Positions 50,838-63,328 are shown, numbered from the whole stretch's first letter. The stretch is DNA of 63,328 nucleotides, filler included, from Bonamia ostreae (GCA_040357525.1; 20 parts of 20 records of this genome joined end to end with filler, not necessarily neighbours in it); one strand, 5' to 3'. A program made the numbers and translations. The notes: generated by a model not told the origin, from the letters alone.

Positions 50838-51155
50838 AAACAAAACCACAAAGTCTCCGAATTCTCGGGAGACCGAGGGCTTGAAATTAACTCTTTTCGT
50901 GCCAAGAATGAAGAAATCTTTCGTCATTCTTTCGACGAAGAACTGGAAGAATCCCTACAACAATTGGACGAAATCGATGTGGACATCGAAGAAATTGGGC
51001 CAGATAAAAAATTGACGAAAGATTCAAAAACGAATGAAAAGAACGTTTTTTAACTTTAAAAAAAGTCAATTTCGAAAGCATTTCTTTTCTCCTTAAACGC
51101 GATGTTGATTGCAGCGCTGGCAGCAGCTGCTTTCGGTAGAAGCAAACACAAATAG
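50838..51155 (+). CDS. C-terminus of a tail-anchored membrane protein
   Basis: Acidic frame (FDEELEESLQQLDEID), 21-nt intron, then AFLFSLNAMLIAALAAAAFGRSKHK*. Confidence 0.55.
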
Positions 51156-51390
51156 TAAATTTATCGTGCCGATGCCATTTTTAATTATACAATTTTAGCC
51201 ATTGGACTAAAGCTTTATTTTTAAGCTTCGTTTTTGTAATTTTCATATTTCGTTTCTTCTAATTTTTGTTATCAGCAAAGATTCTTCTAATGATTCTAGT
51301 TAATTAGATTTATCGAACATTTCAAATACGATATTTAAAGCTTATTTTAATATATGTAGTTAAAGCTTTGTCCATATATTTGTTTGAAAA

Positions 51391-52480
51391 ATGTTGGAAA
51401 TTTCATATTTAAAAAACCGTCCGTTGAACAGTTTTTCGACGATTGAAGACGTTGTAAAAATTCTGCGGCGGTCAGAAAAAATCTCATCGTTTGAAGAATT
51501 GGATCTAGAACATGTTCTAAGCCAATTTCCGTACCAAACTGTAAACCTTTTGACTCTGATGGATTCCTCTGATTGGCAACAAATCGATTTGCCTCTTATT
51601 TGCAAACTCCTTTTGAAGAAAATAATGAAACAGTGCGGTTTCAAAATTAACGTAATAGCTCCTCTCAAAAAACTTTTCTGCATCGAATCGGAATTTAATG
51701 GCGGGAGAAAAATAAATCTGTACCCTTTAAACAGACCAATAGAATACTTTGTTTCAATGGGATATGACCGATTTGAAGCTCTAAAAGCTCTCGTCGCGAC
51801 TAATCTTGAATCGAAGGAAACCGCTCTAAAATATCTTTCGACAAAAAAAGAGTCTATCGAGTTACAAAAAGTTTCGTTTTATCACAAAAACAGAACTTTC
51901 TCGAAAACTGCTCAAAACACTATTCGCTCAGAAACAGATTATTCTCCAGCGCAAACACAAACAAACAAACGGACACGATAACTTTAGAGCAAAACATTTT
52001 TTTGCTCAAAAAGCGACTTTTGCTAGAAATCAGAAACAGCGAAGGAATCGAAGAAAAAATTTTTCGGCAAGTTCAATTTTTCAAAAAAAGACGAGAGAAA
52101 ATGAAATCGATGTTTATTGCGCGTTCCTAGAAGGGATTATTAGCGCCAGCAATTTGAACGTCGAGTTTCTGGGAAGAATCGACAAATATCGACGCGATCG
52201 AAATATCAACAAAGAAGTGCACTACAAATCTCTTAAGAAACTTGGAACTACAGAGGAAGCTCTAAAGAACATGACGAAGTGCGAAGATGAAGCGGAAATA
52301 GCCAATAATTGTTCAATATGTTTTGAAGGGCCAAAAACTCATCTCATTTTGGGCAAAAAAATGTGCATGCACCTTTGTTTATGCGGAAAGTGCTCCAAAG
52401 CTGTCCTAAACACCGAAAATCCACGTTGTCCGGTCTGTTTTGACGATATCGTGAGAATTCAAATGGTGAAATTTGAATAA
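51391..52480 (+). CDS. SAM-like + UBA + C-terminal RING-HC E3 ligase
   Basis: UBA FVSMGYDRFEALKALVATN..ETALKYL; RING CSICFE..HLCLCGKCS....RCPVC; SAM-like LLTLMDSSDWQQIDLPL. Confidence 0.8.
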
Positions 52481-52710
52481 ATAGTAATTTTCGAACATTT
52501 TGATCAATAAAAATTTATTCATTTATTCTATTCGAATACTTTTACAGAATTTTGTTCTAAAACGATTTATGGCTGTAATATTAAAGTGTCCATTATTTTA
52601 TTTTCTGTGATTTATTTAGCCAAATAATTATACTAATTGTCAATAAACCAAACGACACACTTTTAATATTGCTATTTTAGTGATTTTAGTAAAACTAATT
52701 ATTGCTTTTG

Positions 52711-53891
52711 ATGCCGATCAAATACAATCGCTATTTAGATATCAATCCTAATGACACTTTACAAAGAGCAAACGAATTTATAAAACTGAACGAAAATATC
52801 GTTTTTAATCAAACAACTAAAGTCCGCCTTCGAAACAATCGACAATTTTCTCAATCAACGCAAAATAAGTCGCGCAACATTTGTGGATGGCTTTGAAACG
52901 ATGATCGAAAGCTATCTTGGACTTTGCTTCGATTTGCGATTTTCGCCTAAAGATGGTCTGCGTCGCTATAGAATTGTTTGTTTTCAGTCTTCTACTCCGA
53001 ATATTTATCTAAGAAGAGTTTACGAGAGCCTTTTGACTCGTCTTAGCAATTTTGGAATTGAAGCAGTTCGTAATCTCAAAATAAAATTTAAATCCGTTTT
53101 TATCCATTTTTATAAATAAGTTTTCGATGATTTTTTTTCAATTTTTCGACAATTTTTTTGGCATTTTGTTAATTTTTTGCAGTTTTTGATCATTTTCCGA
53201 AATTTTTTTTGCGAAATTTTTACATTTTTTATTAATTTTTTTTGTTAAATTTTTAATTTTTTGCAATTTTTTTTATCATTTTATGCAATTTTTTTATATT
53301 TTTTATTAATTTTTTGCGAAATTTTTACATTTTTTTGATAATTTTTTTTGTTAAATTTTTAATTTTTTGCAATTTTTTTTATCATTTTTTGCATTTTTTT
53401 TAACATTTTTTGATAATTTTTTGTGAAATTTTTTACATTTTTTCGAATTTTAAAAATTGAAAAAAAGAATTTTGTGTCGAAACAATATTATTCCGAAAAA
53501 CTTTCATTCCAATGGGATTGCTATCTTTCAGTTCTCGACAACATAAAATTTATTCCAGATTTAATAACACTCTATAGCGAAACTACAGAAGAAGCAATCG
53601 ATTTCTGCAGGTTAAAATCTAAAAGCAAAACTTCAAAAATTTTGTTTGAAAAAAGAAATCTAAATTCTAAAAAAAAGAGTTCTTCGACGACCTCATGAAC
53701 TTCAAAAACTTCATGGAACGATAAACGCTCATTTTTTGTCATTTCTTCGATACCAAGGGAAAAAAGATTCAATTGATATTGGGGATCAAAAAACATTAAA
53801 AATTTTCATTTCTCTCAGATTCAAAATTTTAAGCGCGTTTTCAGAATGTGGCGAATTTAGAGAAGTTTTTAGCTATTTTTAATTTCACTAC
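52711..53891 (+). CDS. Hypothetical multi-exon protein
   Basis: ORFs 52711-52896, 52883-53119 and 53423-53698 are linked by short introns and a T-rich repeat intron (about 53130-53440). Confidence 0.4.
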
Positions 53892-53991
53892 NNNNNNNNN
53901 NNNNNNNNNNNNNNNNNNNNNNNNNNNNNNNNNNNTTAATTAATTAANNNNNNNNNNNNNNNNNNNNNNNNNNNNNNNNNNNNNNNNNNNN

Positions 53992-54807
53992 TATTTTTCA
54001 ATTTGAAATATTAATTTTTTATTGCGAATTTAAAATTAGAAAGATAACAAAAATTAAATTTTGCTATAATTTTCATAAAAATGTTAAATACCAATTCCAT
54101 TTCCTCCGTGAAAATTGTTTTGGGGCATGTACAAATGCATTGAACCCCCCTTTCCTTTCGAGGTACCCGTTTTTTTGCCGAGCATTTCGGCTAAAATTCC
54201 TCTTACACTATCTCCTCTTAAAAGCTGTTGAGCATGACAACGATAAGCAGTTATTAAGTGATCGGAAGGTTTTATCCCCGCTTCAATTCCCACTGCTACA
54301 GCTTCCTTGTAATATGTTAAAATTAATTTTAACTTTATTATTTAAAAATTCACGAAATTTTGAGTTTATCTGAATTTTAGCAAAATTTTTCCAAATTTTT
54401 ATCGAAAAAATATTTCTTTTTGCAATTTTTTATTAAATTTAAAGTTTTTGTAATTTTTGGTTAAAATTTTGCATTTTTTGTCGTTAAATATTTTAAACAA
54501 ATGAAAATTTTGCAACTAAAATTAGACCTGTCCATCATATAAATGGCAAAATCCGCGGATTAAGCCCGATTTGTAAATCGAGTCAGTTTTAATTTCCATT
54601 TTGCGAATCAAATTCATATTTTCAAAATATTGGAGGAGCTCGTTTTTATGAACCATTATCGTCGATTTTGGATGAAGACATTTATGCGCTTTTGTCGGCG
54701 ACTAATAAACAAAAAATGTCAAAAAGTTAAAAAAAATGAAAATGTTAAACGCATTTCAGCATCGCCGAAGTACCAAATCGACGAAGCGATACACTTTTCG
54801 AAAACAT
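53992..54807 (-). CDS. PDHA1: Pyruvate dehydrogenase E1 alpha, 3' partial
   Basis: Presequence-like [11 protein letters not shown], then [43 protein letters not shown]. Confidence 0.95.
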
Positions 54808-55063
54808 TGGACTTTTTTATTATACACAATTTTTAAGCTTTAAGAATAAACGAAACAATTATTAATGTTTTATGCTAAATCGGCTAATTGTTATGAAAAA
54901 GTCTAATGTCTGTGATTTAGCCGTAATAAAAACAAATTACAAATAAAAAATAGTTTAACTTTTTTAATGAAAAATTGCCAAAATTTTCCAAAATTGTTTT
55001 TTGAACAGAAAAAAGACGACGGATTTGGATTTAATCGAAAATTAGAAAAAAATAAATTGTAAT

Positions 55064-56476
55064 TTAAATCAATTTTTGAAAAATCGCATCATTTTCGATA
55101 AAACTTTCAAGTTCAGATCTTTTTAGTCGTAATTTTATTTTATTTTTTCCGCTGATTTGCACCAAACCGGTTGAAACAAGCAGATCCAAGTACATGTTAA
55201 AGTTATTGCCTGTAAACTTGGGCAATTCTTTTTTGTTGTTGTAAAACTTTTGAAACTTTATTTGCAAATTTAAAACGTTTGTTATCGTAAAACTTAGTTT
55301 TTCTTGTTCCAAAAAAGCGCAAATCGCCGAAAAAAGTATTTTTTGGCGAGAAGGCAAAGCGTTTATTTGAGAATTCAACGTATTTTCGTTTTCTTTGATG
55401 TAATTGTTTATAAAAGAAATGCTTATTTTATCAATTTTTTGTTTCGGACTTTCGTTTTGTTTTTTTATTATAGCGTTTCTTTCGTTTTTTGTAACAAAAC
55501 CTGCAAACTTCAAAAGCTTGTCTGATATCTCCACTTTTTGCAGCAATCTTAAACATTTTAATAAATTGTCGTAAAAGATTTCAAAATAGACAAATTTAAA
55601 ATTTCAAAAAATCGCAAATTTTACTTTTTTGGAGATAAATTTTAAGGCCATCGGCAAAAATAAATTTTCGTTTTTTAGTCGTTCATTCAGAATTCGCAAA
55701 ATCTGCGAATCGCTGTACGGCTCGAAAATGATATTTTCAAAATCATTTCTTATGTTTATCGCATCATTAAAATCGTTTTTATATTTTTCGACATCGATCA
55801 AATTCGAAATTCCTAAATTTTGAGCAAAAACAACCAATTAAACTAATTCTGTTTTTCAAATCAAAATTTTGCTCGCACCACTTAAAAACGTTTTTCCGAG
55901 AATTTCCAAAACTCAAATTAACTTTTTTGAGAAGATGGTCAATTTCGTCGATTATGACCACACTTAAATTTTTTTAAAAACTTTGTTTCGTTTTTGTGTA
56001 TTTTCGATTCGATCTTTTTAGACAAAACAGCAAATTTTGGGATTTTGATCGCATTTAAAAAAATGACCTTTATTCAAAATTTTCAAACGTTTACAAATTT
56101 TGCTGTTTTTGCGATGACTTTTTGGATAACAGCAGTTTTGCCTGTGCCAGGCGGACCGCAAATCAAAATAGTTTTTCCTTTTCCGGATTCGTCAATTTTT
56201 TCTTAATTTGACAAAAATTAACTAATGATTTTGGTCAAATCGGTAATAGACTTTTCTCTCGTGACAAGTTTTTGTGGGATAATCGTCGAATTTAGTTTTT
56301 CTAAAATGTTATTTCTTACGAAGAATTTCTTTTTGTTGACTATTTTATGGAAATTAATAACGTTTTTGAGCATTCGGACTTTTTTCTAAAATGGCTTTTG
56401 GATTGTTATTTAAGTTTCCACTTCTTAATATTCTTCTTCTGTTTTGTTTATTAACAGATTTTTTAATTTTCGTCAT
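55064..56476 (-). CDS. CDC6: Cell division control protein 6 (AAA+ with winged helix)
   Basis: [40 protein letters not shown] and C-terminal LPSRQKIL...LDLLVSTGLV. Start approximate. Confidence 0.85.
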
Positions 56477-56650
56477 TATTAACAAAAGCTTGCTATTATA
56501 TGTGAAATCGCTATTATTATAATAAATTTCTTTTTGTTCTTATAAACAACAAAAACGATTCATTTTAAATATTCTCTTAATTCATTTTATTAGTCGATTA
56601 AAATATAATGACATATATTACAAAGCTTAAAAATTCAAAAAAAGCCGTAA

Positions 56651-56965
56651 ATGTTCAGAAATTTTTTTAGTTATAAAAAAAGATGGATCCACAGATCAGG
56701 ACGACTGAAAGGGCCAAAAAGCTACGACCCATTTAGACAAAGATTCAAAAAATTGGGGCGCAGAAAAAATAATCCGCTCACAACAAAAACAGCGCCTCGA
56801 ATTTTCCAAAAAGGCAACAGAGATTGGAAGATGGGCAAAAGAGTAGACAAAAAATATGTTGCATTCGACTTCGAACGACAACAACAGATCTTAAATTTCA
56901 ACATTCCCGATTTGTCCAAATTTAAGTTGAAACCTTACGTTTCTGTGGCAAAACTGGATAAATAA
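56651..56965 (+). CDS. MRPL41: Mitochondrial ribosomal protein mL41
   Basis: PLTTKTAPRIFQKG...FNIPDLSKFKLKPYVS is the mL41 signature. Confidence 0.85.
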   Translation: MFRNFFSYKKRWIHRSGRLKGPKSYDPFRQRFKKLGRRKNNPLTTKTAPRIFQKGNRDWKMGKRVDKKYVAFDFERQQQILNFNIPDLSKFKLKPYVSVAKLDK

Positions 56966-57139
56966 CATTTCAAATTCATTTCAAATACATTTTATTTAAA
57001 TTCGATTAAAAATAATAAAAAATATCGAAATTTCAAAAANNNNNNNNNNNNNNNNNNNNNNNNNNNNNNNNNNNNNNNNNNNNTTAATTAATTAANNNNN
57101 NNNNNNNNNNNNNNNNNNNNNNNNNNNNNNNNNNNNNNN

Positions 57140-57940
57140 AATTTGCTCAAACTTGAAAAAAATGTCGACTCCAAAAACCAGCAAATTTTATAACTGGCAA
57201 ATTGGAAAAACCCCAAAACACATAAAATAAAAAATTTGCAAAAATGTCGATCTCGTTTATCAGTTTTGACACTTTTACTTCTCTTCCTAACATTACTCTT
57301 TCCTTTTTCTCGTTCTTTCCTCCGCCGCGCCATTCTTTCAAAATCTTCTTCACGACTCAAGTAATTCTTTTTGCTCCTTAAACGCTCTTCCGCCGTTCTT
57401 TTAAGCTTTTCTTCGTCCCGCTTTTGTTTAAGCTCGGCGAAATGAAAAGCTTCACCCGTCTTGTGATCTTTGTTTATCTTTAAAGCGCTTCTAAGTCGTT
57501 CATTCCGTTTTTGTTGAGCTTTAAGTTTGGCGTGAGTTTCTACGGCGTTGTCTTCCAAATCTTCCAACGACGAATTTTTATGTTTTTGGCGCAAGTCATT
57601 TTCTTTCAAAGCGATTTCAGCTTCGGGTTTGCCTTGTTTTTCGAGTTTTTGGCGTAATTGGGCACACAGAACTTCGATTCTTCTTTTGCGTTTGTGCTCG
57701 AGAATGATTTTGTTCGGTTTTCTGACGGGCAAAGTTTTTAGTTTTAAAAAAGGCGATTTTTTTCTCAGATGGAATCCCGTTTTTTTGAGTTCCGCCTAAT
57801 TTTTTGAATTTTTTTGACTAATTTTTTTTTTAAAATTATCGTTTTTGCTAAATTTTAATTGATATAACGAGATTGCGCTGGACGTATCCGCTAGTTCCCG
57901 AACCTCTTGGCGTTACTAAACCTATTCCGTTATACGACAT
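57140..57940 (-). CDS. CWC21: Splicing factor Cwc21/SRRM2-like
   Basis: [44 protein letters not shown] and RLRSALKI...GEAF. Confidence 0.92.
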
Positions 57941-58214
57941 TAAATCTAAATATAATTATATGATAATATCCAAACAATTTAAAGCTTTTAATTTACATTT
58001 TTTCGTATTTTAATGGCTAAATTATTTAATGACAATGTACAAATTTTATTATTGACAATTCCGTGTTAATATGGTCACTCGCGATGTCGCCATAAATTAA
58101 AAAATGTAGAAATTTGATCATTCAGAAAAAATAATTTTTAACTATTTAATTTTTAAACCAATTTAGCTTTTCCAAACTTTTTAAAATTTTGCAAGATGAA
58201 AAATTTTACAAAAT

Positions 58215-59324
58215 TTAATAATGGTGTTTATTTTCAAGCAATCTTTGTTTCTGTTTCTTATTGTTTCTTTTGAATATTAAAATTAAGATTCCGAATGATG
58301 TTAGTACTATAAAAATGGATAATGTCGCAACGATAATAGTTGTTTTATCCTTTTCTTTTCTTTTATCAACTAGCTGATTGTTTTCATCATTTTTATCCAA
58401 ATTTTGATCATTCTCTCGTCTTTTTCTAAATTTTTGATCGTTTTCGTCATTTTTATTGTTTTTGTTAACTTTTGTTAAGTGTCAAATTTTAAAACCTTCC
58501 TTTATTTCATCGTTAATTTTACTCAAATTTTTGAATGATAACAACGAAAGTTTGTTTTCAAATTCCAGTTCTAACATTAATGAAAATTTTGAATTGCAGA
58601 TAATTTCAATATTTTCATCTGACATCTTAATATGAATTCCCATTTTTTTGTTTTTGGTAAACGAAGTGCTCATTAAATAGTTTTTATCTTTGTTGTTATA
58701 ACTCGCTTCTAGATTTTTTGCGATCTAATTAAAAATTAAAAACTGAACAAAATAATTAATTATTATTTTTAGCTAATTTAACGGTTTGAGGAATAATCTT
58801 TTCATCTTTTTCGGTTGATTGAATAACGTTAATATAAATATCATTTATTTTATATCTCAAAACGTTATTTTTTGACACATAGCATTTTGTAATTAAAAAG
58901 ACAAATTTTTTGTGATTTTCTTTTTCAAGATGATAATATAGCGAAGATAATTTCCCTGATAGGCCAAATTCATCAATTGAACAAGGATTGGCACAACTTA
59001 AAAATTTCCAAATTTACAAAAATTAATAAACATGAACAAATTAAAATTTAACTTTTCGTTGAAAGAATTTTCACTGAGATAAAAGTGGTTGAAATCAAAA
59101 TAAATTCCAAAATAACTCAAAAATAATTCGTTCGTCTTAAACATTGTTCTTCTCGTTTTTTCTTCAATTTCTGATTTTTCTAAGCCGTTATGGTAACAAA
59201 AAGTGTAAATAAATTTCAACGGGACAACCAAAACGTCGCCATTGTTGGCACAACTTCCTTTCGATCGACATATCTTTATAGATAGCAACAATATCAAAAT
59301 AAATATATTTGGAATGTTTTTCAT
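58215..59324 (-). CDS. Predicted type I membrane protein of unknown function
   Basis: Signal-peptide-like MKNIPNIFILILLLSIKICRS and a C-terminal TM IIVATLSIFIVLTSFGILILIF followed by basic KRNNKK. Confidence 0.55.
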
Positions 59325-59552
59325 TAAAATACTTGTTTCGTTTTAGTATAAAAATTTAGCAAATTTTATTAAATAATTCGTTTTCGATTTTTTGTTATTT
59401 GAACAATTTTACTCTCTGTAATTAAGTTAAGGTTTCTAAAATTCATAAAACAATACAGAAATTTAGAAAACTTGTTTTCAGCAATTTTTGTTGATACAAA
59501 AAGATAAATAAATGCCATTTCAGAATAATTGTTTAAACTGAAAAATGTAAAA

Positions 59553-60176
59553 TTATTTATTTTGCTCAAAAGACCAAGCCACAAACCACCGGCTCTGGCG
59601 CCCTTTTCTTAAAACGGCTGTTTTTATGATCAAATTTGACTCTTTTTTGACTAATTTTAGTTTTTCTAAAATTTGCTTAAAAGTCTTCAATCTTCCGACC
59701 ATTGTCGTAAACCATCTATTATGTTGTAACAAAATTTTATTCAATTAAATATGATCTAAAATTTGTCAAATCGCTTATAAGAACCTAATTTTATTTTGTA
59801 TTTTCAAGCTTTGTTTTATCATTTTTGTAATAAAAGCTAATTCCCCGCCAGAACAAACAAGTTCTTTTTGCGTCGCTTTTGTTATCTTTTTATAAAACTT
59901 AAAAACTCTTTTTTTGTTGTTTCCGACTTGTTTCATGTCCTCGAAGAAAGGGGGATTACACATACTGAAATCAAATTTTTTCGAGCATGTCTTTAGAAAA
60001 TTAAAAATTTTTCGAGATTTTTCTATTTTTATGACTTTTATCCATTTGTCGAGTTTGTTTGTCATTATGTTTTTGTTTGCCCATTTTATCGAATTTGAGT
60101 CGATTTCGGTGGCGATAAATTTCCAACCAAACTTTTTGTGTCCCAATAAAGGGAAAATGCAGGACGCGCCTGTTCC
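59553..60176 (-). CDS. METTL16: METTL16/RlmF-family m6A RNA methyltransferase, 5' partial
   Basis: GTGASCIFPLLG..WKFIATEID, FDFSMCNPPFF, GGELAFI, WFTTMVG and GRQSRWFVAWSF. Confidence 0.9.
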
Positions 60177-60650
60177 TCTTTTATNNNNNNNNNNNNNNNN
60201 NNNNNNNNNNNNNNNNNNNNNNNNNNNNTTAATTAATTAANNNNNNNNNNNNNNNNNNNNNNNNNNNNNNNNNNNNNNNNNNNNTAAATCTTGAAAGACA
60301 TTGTTTCCTAATAAATACAATTTTAATATACGATTATAGTCTCTATTCAAAATAGCGGCAATTTTAGAAATCAGCAATTTAATAATAGATAAAATTTCTG
60401 CGATCTGGTATATACATAATTTGACAATAATCCTGGAAATACCTGATTGGAAATAAAACGAAGCGGAACAAACCGAAAACATACGATTGTCAACGAGAAG
60501 GAGAATGGCCATTGTAGGCAAAAAGATGATCAATAATCTTAAAGAGTAGATCCCAGGCACTTCTACTCACAAATCAAAAAGCAGATTGTTCCTTAGTCCT
60601 CACAAATTAAACGAGCAGAAACGCAACAACACAAAAACTAACACGCGTCT

Positions 60651-61442
60651 TTACTCTTCCCCAAAGTCGTAGCTTTTCTCAGCTCTCAGAGCGAGATTTC
60701 TCACCTCGTCAGGGCCTAAGACAGTCCACTTGACATCGTTCTCCGCGTTCTTGCAGATTTGCCCTATTTCGACCTTGTCGAGAGGCGTTTCGGTGACGTC
60801 CAACGCGCGGCACAACGCCCGGAGAGCCAATTCTTTTGCTTTTTCGAGAGAGAACTCGGCGTTGAAATGCTTTTTGAGAACGCCGGTGGCCGCGGCAGAG
60901 TTGGAGCCGATCGCCACAGCTTTCCACCCGGCGTAATTTCCGGACGGGTCAGTTTCGTATAACTGGAAGCCGTGTTGTTGGTCGTACCCGCCCACTAAAA
61001 ACGACGCGCCGAATGGGCGGTAACCGCCGAATTGGGTGTAGCTGTGCTTCAAGTCACAGACTCGTTTGACGAGGTGTTCCACTGGCGTGTCGTCTTGATA
61101 AGTGTAGCGATAGTTCTGGGACGCTCTTCGGGCGAAGTCGATTAGAGTGTTGGCATCCGCTTGGAGGCCAGCTACAAGGCAACTTTAAGTAAATAGTCAG
61201 AAACGTGATGTGTTTGTCGAGGCGATACATTTTCTCTGATTCGGTTTTGAAGTCGATCAGTTTTGACGTGATCCGCCGTTCGGCGGCAAAGACCACGCCG
61301 TCCTTGGTCAAAATTGCGACTCCGGCTCCTCCTTTGGAAATAGCTTCCATCGCGTTTTCGAGCTGGTGAATTCTTCCTTCGGGCGAGAATTCTGTGGTTC
61401 TTCTATCGAATCTTCTGGACTTTAATTAACTTATAAAACCAT
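60651..61442 (-). CDS. PSMA4: 20S proteasome subunit alpha3
   Basis: M/SRRFDRRTTEFSPEGRIHQLE..YTQFGGYRPFGASFL..LYETDPSGNYAGWKA. Introns 61420-61439 (20 nt) and 61183-61204 (22 nt). Confidence 0.95.
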
Positions 61443-62082
61443 TATCTAAATTTAAAAAATGTCTAAATAGTCACAGCTTTATATTGCAGTTCGTTAATAA
61501 GGGGTTGGCCATTTTTAGTTAAAAAAGCGATTTTTAAAAATTTTTGCTGCGACTCCATTTTGGAATTGGAAAACAAGGAAAAATAGCTTTTTGGGGAAAA
61601 CTATAGCTTCGTTACGTCACATCTCCCTCGTGGCCACGCCATTCCAATTAGTTTGACAACCTCGTCCAATTTGCTGAATCTTATAAATATCTCTTTTTCC
61701 GAAAGAACAATTAAAGAAAACCTTCCATTAAAAAATAATTTGTTATCTACCAAAAATCTTTTTTCAAACAATGTCCTTTTTAGATGCACAAAAAATTAGA
61801 TTTTGGAAACATAAAAAGATTAACAAAAATCAATTGAAAATGTCGAAAGTGAAAGGTTCCTAATCTCTCTAACTAAAAGATTTGTTATCATTTGCTTTTA
61901 TTTACATTGCGCTGGCCACGCACACCTTTGAAGTCTGAATTAAGGTGCAAACCGCTCGGACGCTCGAGGCGTTGGGGAGAATTTAATCAGTAGCCCCATT
62001 AAAATCATGGATTTCGCTCATTGACCAGTTTCCTAAGTCGACTAAATTAAAAACTTTATCCGAAAAGATAAAACAGCATAAA

Positions 62083-63328
62083 ATGTCTAACATAGCAGTG
62101 CGCCCTATTTGCGAAGAAAGCCATTTGTTCGCGAAAAAAAGCCTCTTGTTGAAAGAAGGAATCTCGATCATTGGAACCCCTTCTCCAAAGACGAACAGCG
62201 CTTTTCTCGGCGGAGTGCACAAAGAAACCATGCTCAAACAAGTCAATGTGCGCAGAGAATATATCGCGGCGGAATGCCTCAACCTTCGACGCGAAATGTC
62301 CAATGCCACAGAGGAAGTGAAGCGGATCCAGTCGGTGCCGTTGGCCGTAGGGCAGTTCGGCGAAATGATCGACTCGGAACGAGCCCTTATTCACGCGAAT
62401 TCCGGACAAACCTATTTGAGCCGAGTTCTGAGCACCATTCCGCGCGAGAGACTGAAGACAAACGCCCCGGTTGCGCTGCACCGCCATTCCAGCGCAGTCG
62501 TCAAAGTTCTGGAGCCGCACGTCGACGCGGCCGTCTCTGCGGTCACCATCACCAAACGCCCCGAGGTGACGTTTGCCGACGTGGGCGGCCTCGACGCGCA
62601 GAAGCAGGAGGTCCGCGAAGCCGTCGAGTTGCCGCTCACACACGCAGAGCTGTACCGGTCTGTGGGGATCGAGGCTCCGCGCGGCGTTTTGCTGTACGGC
62701 CCGCCAGGGACGGGGAAGACGATGATGGCGAAAGCAGTGGCCAACTCGGCGAAAGCGACCTTCATTAGCGTGGTCGGCTCGGAGTTTGTACAGAAATATA
62801 TCGGGGAGGGCGCCCGGATGGTGCGCAGCGTCTTCCAGATGGCCAAAGAAAACAGCGAAAACGGCGCGATTATCTTCATCGAGTTTCCAACTTAATAAAA
62901 GTGAAATCGACGCGATCGGGATGGCGCGGAGCGACGCCTCCGTCTCTTCGGATAAGGAGGTCCAGCGGATCCTGCTGGAACTGCTCAACCAGATGGACGG
63001 GTTCGACCAGACCACCAACGTGAAGGTCATAATGGCTACGAACCGCCCAGACACTCTCGACCCGGCTCTGATGCGGCCGGGACGACTAGACAGAAAAATC
63101 GAGTTTCCGCTTCCAGACAGACGACAGCGAAGACTCGTTTATGCGGCGGTGACAGCGAAGATGAGCCTCGCGGACGACGTCGACTTGGAGACTTTTGTGC
63201 GGCGCCCGCAAAGGGTCAGTTCCGCGGACATTGCGGCGATATGCGCTGAGGCGGGAATGCGGGCGATAAGGAGCAATCGCTACGAAGTATCCGAATCTGA
63301 TTTTGAAAGCGCTTTCGAGTCGGTGGTC
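62083..63328 (+). CDS. PSMC4: 26S proteasome ATPase Rpt3, 3' partial (start uncertain)
   Basis: [50 protein letters not shown] (19-nt intron 62883-62901) and [16 protein letters not shown]. Confidence 0.95.

Noticed and set aside
51100-51150. GC-rich small hairpins as an ncRNA
   Set aside because: Explained by Ala-rich codons of a C-terminal transmembrane helix on the plus strand.
62056-63054. 332-aa minus-strand ORF
   Set aside because: Antisense shadow of GC-rich Rpt3. The same applies to the overlapping ORFs in 48700-50440 and 10865-11430.

Overview
This is not one locus. It is 20 unrelated contigs of about 3.04-3.11 kb, sorted by decreasing length and joined by an artificial 100-nt linker (44 N + TTAATTAATTAA + 44 N), so adjacency across linkers has no biological meaning. 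Eighteen contigs come from a compact, AT-rich eukaryote using the standard code. Its genes are densely packed and split by many tiny GT-AG introns (mostly 19-26 nt), plus a few long introns, several made of tandem repeats. Recognisable genes include an ABCG transporter, Topors-like RING ligase, Ski2, a HECT ligase, MINDY DUB, DOCK GEF, MTG1, a cold-shock domain protein, RPS28, an FG nucleoporin, an AGC kinase, uL3m, COQ1, a DEAD-box helicase, GPD1, PDH E1 alpha, CDC6, mL41, CWC21, METTL16, proteasome alpha3 and Rpt3. Together these suggest a reduced, possibly parasitic protist with a translating mitochondrion; a haplosporidian-like rhizarian is an unverified guess. Two contigs (19194-22276 and 38217-41272) look metazoan and are probably host or contaminant DNA. 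The most interesting signals are: (1) a 128-nt fold-back element with Pol III A/B boxes and a T-run (tRNA-derived or vault-RNA-like); (2) a 111-nt intronic hairpin in the intron following a 9-nt microexon that carries a kinase catalytic Asp; (3) a (CCCTAA)3 tract fused to a LINE endonuclease relic beside an intronless sushi/CCP-repeat surface protein; (4) a Cys-containing collagen-like protein. All calls are by eye, without database searches.
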